Assembly: GCA_964016885.1 (NCBI GenBank)
Contig: OZ024740.1
Location: 7,502,001-7,566,000, forward strand
Direction of reading: 5' to 3'
From: Eledone cirrhosa
Taxonomy: Eukaryota
Length of the DNA stretch: 64,000 nucleotides
Shown here: one piece after another, positions 23,101-36,800 of the stretch
Numbering within the stretch: the first letter of the stretch is position 1
Layout of the letters: every line of letters starts with the position of its first letter
Notes under the pieces: generated by a model
The model's input: the letters and a program-made list of their open reading frames with translations, nothing else
What the model was told of the DNA's origin: nothing
The model's database searches: none
Position numbers and translations under genes: made by a program

Positions 23101-26100
23101 ATCAGTTTCGATTAGTATGTCAGTTTCTATTGGTATGTCAGTTTCGATTAGTATGTCAGTTTCGATTGGTATATCAGTTTCGATTGGTATATCAGTTTCT
23201 ATTGGTATATCACTTTCTATTGGTATGTCAGTTTTGATTGGTATAGCAGTTTCTATTGGTATGTCAGTTTCGATTGGTATGTCAGTTTCTATTGGTATAT
23301 CAGTTTCGATTGGTATGTCAGTTTCTATTGGTATGTCAGTTTCGATTAGTATGTCAGTTTCTATTGGTATGTCAGTTTCGATTAGTATATCAGTTTCTAT
23401 TGGTATGTCAGTTTCGATTGGTATATCAGTTTCGATTAGTATGTCAGTTTCTATTGGTATGTCAGTTTCGATTAGTATGTCAGTTTCGATTGGTATATCA
23501 GTTTCATTTGGTATATCAGTTTCTATTGGTATATCAGTTTCTATTGGTATGTCAGTTTTGATTGGTATAGCAGTTTCTATTGGTATGTCAGTTTCGATTG
23601 GTATGTCAGTTAATATTGGTATATCAGTTTCGATTGGTATGTCAGTTTCTATTGGTATGTCAGTTTCGATTATTATATCAGTTACTATTGGTATGTCAGT
23701 TTCTATTGGTATGTCAGTTTCTATTGGTATATCAGTTTCGATTAGCATGTCAGTTTCTATTGGTATATCAGTTTCGATTGTTATATCAGTTTCGATTGCT
23801 ATATCAGTTCCGATTGGTATGTCAGTTTCTATTGGTATATCAGTTTCTATTGGTATGTCAGTTTCGATTGGTATGTCAGTTTCGATTGGTATGTCAATTT
23901 CGATTGGTATATCAGTTTCGATTGGTATATCTGTTTGGATTGGTATGTCAGTTTCTATTGTTATATCAGATTCGATTAGTATGTCAGTTTCGATTAGTAT
24001 ATCAGTTTCTATTGCTATGTCAGTTTCGATTGGTATATCAGTTTCTATTGGTATATAAGTTTCTATTGGTATGTCAGTTTTTATTGGTATATCAGTTTCT
24101 ATTGGTATGTCAGTTTCGATTGTTATGTCAGTTTCTATTGGTATGTCAGTTTCGATTAGTATATCAGTTTCTATTGGTTTGTCAGTTTCGATTGGTATAT
24201 CAGTTTCTATTGGTATATCAGTTTTGATTGGTATGTCAATTTCGAATGGTATATCAGTCTCGATTAGTATATCAGTTTCGATTGGTATATCTGTTTCGAT
24301 TGGTATGTCAGTTTCGATTGTTATGTCAGTTTCGATTAGTAAATCAGTTTCTATTGGTATGTCAGTTTCTATTGGTATATCAGTTTCGATTGGTATATCA
24401 GTTTCGATTAGTATGTCAGTTTCTATTGGTATGTCAGTTTCGATTATTATATCAGTTTGGATTGGTATGTCAATTTCAATTGGTATATCAGTTTCGATTG
24501 GTATGTCAGTTTCGATTAGTATATCAGTTTCTATTGGTATCTGAGTTTCTATTGGTATAACAGTTTCGATTAGTATGTCAGTTTCTATTGGTATGTCAGT
24601 TTCGATTAGTATAACAGTTTAGATTGGTATCTCAGTTTCTATTGGTATGACAGTTTCGATTGGTATATCAGTTTCGATTGGTATATCAGCTTCGATTGGT
24701 ATATCAGTTTCTATTGGTATATCAGTTTCTATTGGTATGACAGTTTCGATTGCTATATCAGTTTCGATTGGTATGTCAGTTTGGATAGGTATGTCAGTTT
24801 CGATTGTTATGTCAGTTTCGATTGGTAAGTCAGTTTCGATTGGTATGTCAATTTCGATTAGTATATCAGTTTCGATTGGTATGTCAGTTTCGATTGGTAT
24901 ATCAGTTTCGATTGGTATCTCAGTTTTGATTATTATATTAGTTTCTATTGGTATGTCGGTTTCTATTGGTATATCAGTTTCGATTGGTATATCAGTTTTG
25001 ATCAGTATGTTAGTTTCTATAGGTATATCAGTTTCGATAGGTATATCAGTTTCGTTCGGTATGTCAGTTTCGATTGGTATATCAGTTTCTATTGCTATAT
25101 CTGTTTCTATTGGTATGTCAGTTTCGATTGGTATGTCAGTTTCTATTGGTATGTCAGTTTCGATTGTTATGTCAGTTTCGATTGGTATATCAGTTCGATT
25201 GATATGACAGTGTCGATTGGTATATCAGTTTTGATTAGTATGTCAGTTTCTATTGGTATGTAAGCTTCGATTATTATATCAGTTACTATTAGTATGTCAG
25301 TTTCGATTGGTATGTCATTTTCGATTGGTATATCAGTTTCTATTGGTATGACAGTTTCGATTGGTATATCAGTTTCGATTGGAATATCAGTTTCGATTGG
25401 TATATCAGTTTCGATTAGTATGTCAGTTTCTATTGGTATGTCAGTTTCGATTAGTATATCAGTTTGGATTGGTATGTCAATTACAATTTGTATATCAGTT
25501 TCGATTCGTATGTCAGTTTCGATTAGTATATCAGTTTCTATTGGTATGTGAGTTTCTATTGGTATATCAGTTTCGATTGGTATATCAGTTTCGATTAGTA
25601 TGTCAGTTTCGATTGGTATATCTGTTTCGATTGGTATGTCAGTTTCGATTAGTATATCAGTTTCTATTGGTATGTGAGTTTCTATTGTTATATCAGTTTC
25701 GATTGGTATATCAGTTTCAATTAGTATGTCAGTTTCTATTGGTATGTCAGTTTCGATTAGTATGTCAGTTTCGATTGGTATATCAGTTTCGATTGGTATA
25801 TCAGTTTCTATTGGTATATCACTTTCTATTGGTATGTCAGTTTTGATTGGTATAGCAGTTTCTATTGGTATGTCAGTTTCGATTGGTATGTCAGTTTCTA
25901 TTGGTATATCAGTTTCGATTGGTATGTAAGTTTCTATTGGTATGTCAGTTTCGATTAGTATGTCAGTTTCTATTGGTATGTCAGTTTCGATTAGTATATC
26001 AGTTTCTATTGGTATGTCAGTTTCGATTGGTATATCAGTTTTGATTAGTATGTCAGTTTCTATTGGTATATCAGTTTCGATTAGTATGTCAGTTTCGATT

Positions 26101-27869
26101 GGTATATCAGTTTCATTTGGTATATCAGTTTCTATTGGTATATCAGTTTCTATTGGTATGTCAGTTTTGATTGGTATAGCAGTTTCTATTGGTATGTCAG
26201 TTTCGATTGGTATGTCAGTTAATATTGGTATATCAGTTTCGTTTGGTATGTCAGTTTCTATTGGTATGTCAGTTTCGATTATTATATCAGTTACTATTGG
26301 TATGTCAGTTTCTATTAGTATATCAGTTTCGATTGGTATATCAGTTTCGATTGGTATGTCAGTTTCGATTGGTATATCAGTTTCTATTGGTATACCAGTT
26401 TAGATTGATATATCAGTTTCGATTAGTATGTCAGTTTCTATTGGTATATCAGTTTCGATTGTTATATCAGTTTCGATTGCTATATCAGTTCCGATTGGTA
26501 TGTCAGTTTCTATTGGTATATCAGTTTCTACTGGTATGTCAGTTTCGATTGGTATGTCAGTTTCGATTGGTATGTCAATTTCGATTGGTATATCAGTTTC
26601 GATTAGTATGTCAGTTACTATTGGTATATCACTTTCGATTGGTATATCTGTTTCGATTGGTATGTCAGTTTCTATTGTTATATCAGATTCGATTAGTATG
26701 TCAGTTTCGATTAGTATATCAGTTTCTATTGCTATGTCAGTTTCGATTGGTATATCAGTTTCTATTGGTATATCAGTTTCTATTGGTATGTCAGTTTTTA
26801 TTGGTATATCAGTTTGTATTGGTATGTCAGTTTCGATTGTTATGTCAGTTTCTATTGGTATGTCAGTTTCGATTAGTATATCAGTTTCTATTGGTTTGTC
26901 AGTTTCGATTGGTATATCAGTTTCTATTGGTATATCAGTTTTGATTGGTATGTCAATTTCGAATGGTATATCAGTTTCGATTAGTATGTCAGTTTCTATT
27001 GGTATATCAGTTTCGATTGGTATATCTGTTTCGATTGGTATGTCAGTTTCGATTGTTATGTCAGTTTCGATTAGTATATCAGTTTCTATTGGTATGTCAG
27101 TTTCTATTGGTATATCAGTTTCGATTGGTATATCAGTTTCGATTAGTATGTCAGTTTCTATTGGTATGTCATTTTCGATTATTATATCAGTTTGGATTGG
27201 TATGTCAATTTCAATTGGTATATCAGTTTCGATTAGTATGTCAGTTTCGATTGGTATATCAGTTTCGATTGGTATGTCAGTTTCGATTAGTATATCAGTT
27301 TCTATTGGTATCTGAGTTTCTATTGGTATAACAGTTTCGATTAGTATGTCAGTTTCTATTGGTATGTCAGTTTCGATTAGTATAACAGTTTAGATTGGTA
27401 TCTCAGTTTCTATTGGTATGACAGTTTCGATTGGTATATCAGTTTCGATTGGTATATCAGCTTCGATTGGTATATCAGTTTCTATTGGTATATCAGTTTT
27501 TATTGGTATGACAGTTTCGATTGCTATATCAGTTTCGATTGGTATGTCAGTTTGGATAGGTATGTCAGTTTCGATTGGTATGTCAGTTTCGATTGGTATG
27601 TCAATTTCGATTGGTATATCAGTTTCGATTGGTATATCAGTTTCGATTGGTATGTCAGTTTGGATAGGTATGTCAGTTTCGATTGGTATGTCAGTTTCGA
27701 TTGGTAAGTCAGTTTCGATTGGTATGTCAATTTCGATTAGTATATCAGTTTCGATTGGTATGTCAGTTTCGATTGGTATATCAGTTTCTATAGGTATCTC
27801 AGTTTTGATTATTATATTAGTTTCTATTGCTATGTCGGTTTCTATAGGTATATCAGTTTCGATTGGTAT

Positions 27870-30800
27870 ATCAGTTTTGATCAGTATGTTAGTTTCTATT
27901 GGTATATCAGTTTCGATAGGTATATCAGTTTCGTTCGGTATGTCAGTTTCGATTGGTATATCAGTTTCTATTGCTATATCTGTTTCTATTGGTATGTCAG
28001 TTTCGATTGGTATGTCAGTTTCTATTGGTATGTCAGTTTCGATTGTTATGTCAGTTTCGATTGGTATATCAGTTCGATTGATATGACAGTGTCGATTGGT
28101 AAATCAGTTTTGATTAGTATGTCAGTTTCTATTGGTATGTAAGCTTTGATTATTATATCAGTTACTATTAGTATGTCAGTTTCGATTGGTATGTCATTTT
28201 CGATTGGTATATCAGTTTCTATTGGTATGACAGTTTCGATTGGTATATCAGTTTCGATTGGTATATCAGTTTTTTCGATTGGTATATCAGTTTCGATTAG
28301 TATGTCAGTTTCTATTTGTATGTCAGTTTCGATTAGTATATCAGTTTGGATTGGTATGTCAATTACAATTTGTATATCAGTTTCGATTAGTATGTCAGTT
28401 TCGATTAGTATATCAGTTTCTATTGGTATGTGAGTTTCTATTGGTATATCAGTTTTGATTGGTATATCAGTTTCGATTAGTATGTCAGTTTCGATTGGTA
28501 TATCTGTTTCGATTGGTATGTCAGTTTCGATTAGTATATCAGTTTCTATTGGTATGTGAGTTTCTATTGGTATATCAGTTTTGATTGGTATATCAGTTTC
28601 GATTAGTATGTCAGTTTCTATTGGTATGTCAGTTTCGATTAGTATGTGAGTTTCGATTGGTATATCAGTTTCGATTGGTATATCAGTTTCTATTGGTATA
28701 TCAGTTTCTATTGGTATGTCAGTTTTGATTGGTATAGCAGTTTCTATTGGTATGTCAGTTTCGATTTGTATGTCAGTTTCTATTGGTATATCAGTTTCGA
28801 TTGGTATATCAGTTTCGATTAGTATGTCAGTTTCTATTGGTATGTCAGTTTCGATTAGTATATCAGTCTGGATTGGTATGTCAATTACAATTGGTATATC
28901 AGTTTCGATTAGTATGTCAGTTTCGATTGGTATATCAGTTTCGATTGGTATGTCAGTTTCGATTAGTATATCAGTTTCTATTGGTATGTGAGTTTCTATT
29001 GGTATATCAGTTTCGATTGGTATATCAGTTTCGATTGGTATATCAGTTTCGATTGGTATGTCAGTTGCGATTGGTATGTCAATTTCGATTGGTATATTAG
29101 TTTCGATTAGTATGTCAGTTTCTATTGGTATATCAGTATCTATTGGTATGTCAGTTTCGATAGGTATGTCTGTTTCTATTGGTATAACAGTTTCGATTGG
29201 TATGTCAGTTTCTATTGGTATATCAGTTTCGATTGGTATATCAGTTTCGGTTAGTGTGTCAGTTTCTATTGGTATGTCAGTTTCGATTAGTATGTCAGTT
29301 TCGATTGTTATATCAGTTTCATTTGGTATATCAGTTTCTATTGGTATATCAGTTTCTATTGGTATGTCAGTTTTGATTGGTATAGCAGTTTCTATTGGTA
29401 TGTCAGTTTCGATTGGTATGTCAGTTTATATTGGTATATCAGTTTCGATTGGTATGTCAGTTTCTATTGGTATGTCAGTTTCGATTATTATGTCAGTTAC
29501 TATTGGTATGTCAGTTTCTATTAGTATATCAGTTTCGATTGGTATATCAGTTTCGATTGGTATGTCAGTTTCGATTGGTATATCAGTTTCTATTGGTATA
29601 ACAGTTTAGATTGATATATCAGTTTCGATTAGTATGTCAGTTTCTATTGGTATATCAGTTTCGATTGTTATATCAGTTTCGATTGCTATATCAGTTCCGA
29701 TTGGTATGTCAGTTTCTATTGGTATATCAGTTTCTATTGGTATGTCAGTTTCGATTGGTATGTCAGTTTCGATTGGTATGTCAGTTTCTATTGTTATATC
29801 AGATTCGATTAGTATGTCAGTTTCGATTAGTATATCAGTTTCTATTGCTATGTCAGTTTCGATTGCTATATCAGTTTCTATTGGTATATCAGTTTCTATT
29901 GGTATGTCAGTTTTTATTGGTATATCAGTTTCTATTGGTATGTCAGTTTCGATTGTTATGTCAGTTTCTATTGGTATGTCAGTTTCGATTATTATATCAG
30001 TTTCTATTGGTTTGTCAGTTTCGATTGGTATATCAGTTTCTATTGGTATATCAGTTTTGATTGGTATGTCAATTTTGAATGGTATATCAGTTTCGATTAG
30101 TATGTCAGTTTCTATTGGTATATCAGTTTCAATTGGTATATCTGTTTCGATTGGTATGTCAGTTTCGATTGTTATGTCAGTTTCGATTAGTATATCAGTT
30201 TCTATTGGTATGTCAGTTTCTATTGGTATATCAGTTTCGATTGGTATATCAGTTTCGATTAGTATGTCAGTTTCTATTGGTATGTCAGTTTCGATTATTA
30301 TATCAGTTTGGATTGGTATGTCAATTTCAATTGGTATATCAGTTTCGATTAGTATGTCAGTTTCGATCGGTATATCAGTTTCGATTGGTATGTCAGTTTC
30401 GATTAGTATATCAGTTTCTATTGGTATCTGAGTTTCTATTAGTATATCAGTTTCGATTAGTATGTCAGTTTCTATTGGTATGTCAGTTTCGATTAGTATA
30501 ACAGTTTAGATTGGTATCTCAGTTTCTATTGGTATGACAGTTTCGATTGGTATATCAGTTTCGATTGGTACATCAGCTTCGATTGTTATATCAGTTTCTA
30601 TTAGTATATCAGTTTCTATTGGTATGACAGTTTCGATTGCTATATCAGTTTCGATTGGTATGTCAGTTTGGATAGGTATGTCAGTTTCGATTGGTATGTC
30701 AGTTTCGATTGGTATGTCAATTTCGATTGGTATATCAGTTTCGATTGGTATATCAGTTTCTATTGGTATATCAGTTTCTATTGGTATGTCAGTTTTGATT

Positions 30801-33800
30801 GGTATATCAGTTTCGATTAGTATGTCAGTTTCTATTGGTATGTCAGTTTCGATTAGTATATCAGTTTGGATTGGTATGTCAATTACAATTGGTATATCAG
30901 TTTCGATTTGTATGTCAGTTTCGATTGGTATATCAGTTTCGATTGGTATGTCAGTTTCGATTAGTATATCAGTTTCTATTGGTATGTGAGTTTCTATTGG
31001 TATATCAGTTTCGATTGGTATATCAGTTTCGATTGGTATATCAGTTTCGATTGGTATGTCAGTTGCGATTGTTATGTCAATTTCGATTGGTATATTAGTT
31101 TCGATTAGTATGTCAGTTTCTATTGGTATATCAGTATCTATTGGTATGTCAGTTTCGATAGGTATGTCTGTTTCTATTGGTATAACAGTTTCGATTGGTA
31201 TGTCAGTTTCTATTGGTATATCAGTTTCGATTGGTATATCAGTTTCGATTAGTATGTCAGTTTCTATAGGTATGTCAGTTTCGATTAGTATAACAGTTTA
31301 GATTGGTATCTCAGTTTCTATTGGTATGTCATTTTCGATTATTATGTCAGTTACTATTGGTATGTCAGTTTCTATTAGTATATCAGTTTCGATTGGTATA
31401 TCAGTTTCGATTGGTATGTCAGTTTCGATTGGTATATCAGTTTCGATTGTTATATCAGTTTCGATTGCTATATCAGTTCCGATTGGTATGTCAGTTTCTA
31501 TTGGTATATCAGTTTCTATTGGTATGTCAGTTTCGATTGGTATGCCAGTTTCGATTGGTATGTCAATTTCGATTGGTATATCAGTTTCGATTAGTACGTC
31601 AGTTACTATTGGTATATCACTTTCGATTGGTATATCTGTTTCGATTGGTATGTCAGTTTCTATTGTTATATCAGATTCGATTAGTATGTCAGTTTCGATT
31701 AGTATATCAGTCTCTATTGCTATGTCAGTTTCGATTGGTATATCAGTTTCTATTGGTATATCAGTTTCTATTGGTATGTCAGTTTTTATTGGTATATCAG
31801 TTTCTATTGGTATGTCAGTTTCGATTGTTATGTCAGTTTCTATTGGTATGTCAGTTTCGATTAGTATATCGGTTTCTATTGGTTTGTCAGTTTCGATTGG
31901 TATATCAGTTTCTATTGGTATATCAGTTTTGATTGGTATGTCAATTTTGAATGGTATATCAGTTTCGATTAGTATGTCAGTTTCTATTGGTATATCAGTT
32001 TCAATTGGTATATCTGTTTCGATTGGTATGTCAGTTTCGATTGTTATGTCAGTTTCGATTAGTATATCAGTTTCTATTGGTATGTCAGTTTCTATTGGTA
32101 TATCAGTTTCGATTGGTATATCAGTTTCGATTAGTATGTCAGTTTCTATTGGTATGTCAGTTTCGATTATTATATCAGTTTGGATTGGTATGTCAATTTC
32201 AATTGGTATATCAGTTTCGATTATTATGTCAGTTTCGATTGGTATATCAGTTTTGATTGGTATGTCAGTTTCGATTAGTATATCAGTTTCTATTGGTATC
32301 TGAGTTTCTATTGGTATAACAGTTTCGATTAGTATGTCAGTTTCTATTGGTATGTCAGTTTCGATTAGTATAACAGTTTAGATTGGTATCTCAGTTTCTA
32401 TTGGTATGACAGTTTCGATTGGTATATCAGTTTCGATTGGTATATCAGCTTCGATTGGTATATCAGTTTCTATTGGTATATCAGTTTCTATTGGTATGAC
32501 AGTTTCGATTGCTATATCAGTTTCGATTGGTATGTCAGTTTGGATAGGTATGTCAGTTTCGATTGGTATGTCAGTTTGGATAGGTATGTCAATTTCGATT
32601 GGTATATCAGTTTCGATTGGTATATCAGTTTCGATTGGTATGTCAGTTTGGATAGGTATGTCAGTTTCGATTGGTATGTCAGTTTCGATTGGTAAGTCAG
32701 TTTCGATTGGTATGTCAATTTCGATTAGTATATCAGTTTCGATTGGTATGTCAGTTTCGATTGGTATATCAGTTTCGATTGGTATCTCAGTTTTGATCAG
32801 TATGTTAGTTTCTATTGGTATATCAGTTTCGATAGGTATATCAGTTTCGTTCGGTATGTCAGTTTCGATTGGTATATCAGTTTCTATTGCTATATCCGTT
32901 TCTATTGGTATGTCAGTTTCGATTGGTATGTCAGTTTCTATTGGTATGTCAGTTTCGATTGTTAGGTCAGTTTCGATTGGTATATCAGTTCTATTGATAT
33001 GACAGTGTCGATTGGTATATCAGTTTTGATTAGTATGTCAGTTTCTATTGGTATGTAAGCTTCGATTATTATATCAGTTACTATTAGTATGTCAGTTTCG
33101 ATTGGTATGTCATTTTCGATTGGTATATCAGTTTCTATTGGTATGACAGTTTCGATTGGTATATCAGTTTCGATTGGTATATCAGTTTTTTCGATTGGTA
33201 TATCAGTTTCGATTAGTATGTCAGTTTCTATTGGTATGTCAGTTTCGATTAGTATATCAGTTTGGATTGGTATGTCAATTACAATTTGTATATCAGTTTC
33301 GATTAGTATGTCAGTTTCGATTAGTATATCAGTTTCTATTGGTATGTGAGTTTCTATTGGTATATCAGTTTTGATTGGTATATCAGTTTCGATTAGTATG
33401 TCAGTTTCGATTGGTATATCTGTTTCGATTGGTATGTCAGTTTCGATTAGTATATCAGTTTCTATTGGTATGTGAGTTTCTATTGGTATATCAGTTTTGA
33501 TTGGTATATCAGTTTCGATTAGTATGTCAGTTTCTATTGGTATGTCAGTTTCGATTAGTATGTGAGTTTCGATTGGTATATCAGTTTCGATTGGTATATC
33601 AGTTTCTATTGGTATATCAGTTTCTATTGGTATGTCAGTTTTGATTGGTATAGCAGTTTCTATTGGTATGTCAGTTTCGATTTGTATGTCAGTTTCTATT
33701 GGTATATCAGTTTCGATTGGTATATCAGTTTCGATTAGTATGTCAGTTTCTATTGGTATGTCAGTTTCGATTAGTATATCAGTCTGGATTGGTATGTCAA

Positions 33801-36800
33801 TTACAATTGGTATATCAGTTTCGATTAGTATGTCAGTTTCGATTGGTATATCAGTTTCGATTGGTATGTCAGTTTCGATTAGTATATCAGTTTCTATTGG
33901 TATGTGAGTTTCTATTGGTATATCAGTTTCGATTGGTATATCAGTTTCGATTGGTATATCAGTTTCGATTGGTATGTCAGTTGCGATTGGTATGTCAATT
34001 TCGATTGGTATATTAGTTTCGATTAGTATGTCAGTTTCTATTGGTATATCAGTATCTATTGGTATGTCAGTTTCGATAGGTATGTCTGTTTCTATTGGTA
34101 TAACAGTTTCGATTGGTATGTCAGTTTCTATTGGTATATCAGTTTCGATTGGTATATCAGTTTCGGTTAGTGTGTCAGTTTCTATTGGTATGTCAGTTTC
34201 GATTAGTATGTCAGTTTCGATTGTTATATCAGTTTCATTTGGTATATCAGTTTCTATTGGTATATCAGTTTCTATTGGTATGTCAGTTTTGATTGGTATA
34301 GCAGTTTCTATTGGTATGTCAGTTTCGATTGGTATGTCAGTTTATATTGGTATATCAGTTTCGATTGGTATGTCAGTTTCTATTGGTATGTCAGTTTCGA
34401 TTATTATGTCAGTTACTATTGGTATGTCAGTTTCTATTAGTATATCAGTTTCGATTGGTATATCAGTTTCGATTGGTATGTCAGTTTCGATTGGTATATC
34501 AGTTTCTATTGGTATAACAGTTTAGATTGATATATCAGTTTCGATTAGTATGTCAGTTTCTATTGGTATATCAGTTTCGATTGTTATATCAGTTTCGATT
34601 GCTATATCAGTTCCGATTGGTATGTCAGTTTCTATTGGTATATCAGTTTCTATTGGTATGTCAGTTTCGATTGGTATGTCAGTTTCGATTGGTATGTCAG
34701 TTTCTATTGTTATATCAGATTCGATTAGTATGTCAGTTTCGATTAGTATATCAGTTTCTATTGCTATGTCAGTTTCGATTGCTATATCAGTTTCTATTGG
34801 TATATCAGTTTCTATTGGTATGTCAGTTTTTATTGGTATATCAGTTTCTATTGGTATGTCAGTTTCGATTGTTATGTCAGTTTCTATTGGTATGTCAGTT
34901 TCGATTATTATATCAGTTTCTATTGGTTTGTCAGTTTCGATTGGTATATCAGTTTCTATTGGTATATCAGTTTTGATTGGTATGTCAATTTTGAATGGTA
35001 TATCAGTTTCGATTAGTATGTCAGTTTCTATTGGTATATCAGTTTCAATTGGTATATCTGTTTCGATTGGTATGTCAGTTTCGATTGTTATGTCAGTTTC
35101 GATTAGTATATCAGTTTCTATTGGTATGTCAGTTTCTATTGGTATATCAGTTTCGATTGGTATATCAGTTTCGATTAGTATGTCAGTTTCTATTGGTATG
35201 TCAGTTTCGATTATTATATCAGTTTGGATTGGTATGTCAATTTCAATTGGTATATCAGTTTCGATTAGTATGTCAGTTTCGATCGGTATATCAGTTTCGA
35301 TTGGTATGTCAGTTTCGATTAGTATATCAGTTTCTATTGGTATCTGAGTTTCTATTAGTATATCAGTTTCGATTAGTATGTCAGTTTCTATTGGTATGTC
35401 AGTTTCGATTAGTATAACAGTTTAGATTGGTATCTCAGTTTCTATTGGTATGACAGTTTCGATTGGTATATCAGTTTCGATTGGTACATCAGCTTCGATT
35501 GTTATATCAGTTTCTATTAGTATATCAGTTTCTATTGGTATGACAGTTTCGATTGCTATATCAGTTTCGATTGGTATGTCAGTTTGGATAGGTATGTCAG
35601 TTTCGATTGGTATGTCAGTTTCGATTGGTATGTCAATTTCGATTGGTATATCAGTTTCGATTGGTATATCAGTTTCTATTGGTATATCAGTTTCTATTGG
35701 TATGTCAGTTTTGATTGGTATATCAGTTTCGATTAGTATGTCAGTTTCTATTGGTATGTCAGTTTCGATTAGTATATCAGTTTGGATTGGTATGTCAATT
35801 ACAATTGGTATATCAGTTTCGATTTGTATGTCAGTTTCGATTGGTATATCAGTTTCGATTGGTATGTCAGTTTCGATTAGTATATCAGTTTCTATTGGTA
35901 TGTGAGTTTCTATTGGTATATCAGTTTCGATTGGTATATCAGTTTCGATTGGTATATCAGTTTCGATTGGTATGTCAGTTGCGATTGTTATGTCAATTTC
36001 GATTGGTATATTAGTTTCGATTAGTATGTCAGTTTCTATTGGTATATCAGTATCTATTGGTATGTCAGTTTCGATAGGTATGTCTGTTTCTATTGGTATA
36101 ACAGTTTCGATTGGTATGTCAGTTTCTATTGGTATATCAGTTTCGATTGGTATATCAGTTTCGATTAGTATGTCAGTTTCTATAGGTATGTCAGTTTCGA
36201 TTAGTATAACAGTTTAGATTGGTATCTCAGTTTCTATTGGTATGTCATTTTCGATTATTATGTCAGTTACTATTGGTATGTCAGTTTCTATTAGTATATC
36301 AGTTTCGATTGGTATATCAGTTTCGATTGGTATGTCAGTTTCGATTGGTATATCAGTTTCGATTGTTATATCAGTTTCGATTGCTATATCAGTTCCGATT
36401 GGTATGTCAGTTTCTATTGGTATATCAGTTTCTATTGGTATGTCAGTTTCAATTGGTATGCCAGTTTCGATTGGTATGTCAATTTCGATTGGTATATCAG
36501 TTTCGATTAGTACGTCAGTTACTATTGGTATATCACTTTCGATTGGTATATCTGTTTCGATTGGTATGTCAGTTTCTATTGTTATATCAGATTCGATTAG
36601 TATGTCAGTTTCGATTAGTATATCAGTCTCTATTGCTATGTCAGTTTCGATTGGTATATCAGTTTCTATTGGTATATCAGTTTCTATTGGTATGTCAGTT
36701 TTTATTGGTATATCAGTTTCTATTGGTATGTCAGTTTCGATTGTTATGTCAGTTTCTATTGGTATGTCAGTTTCGATTAGTATATCGGTTTCTATTGGTT

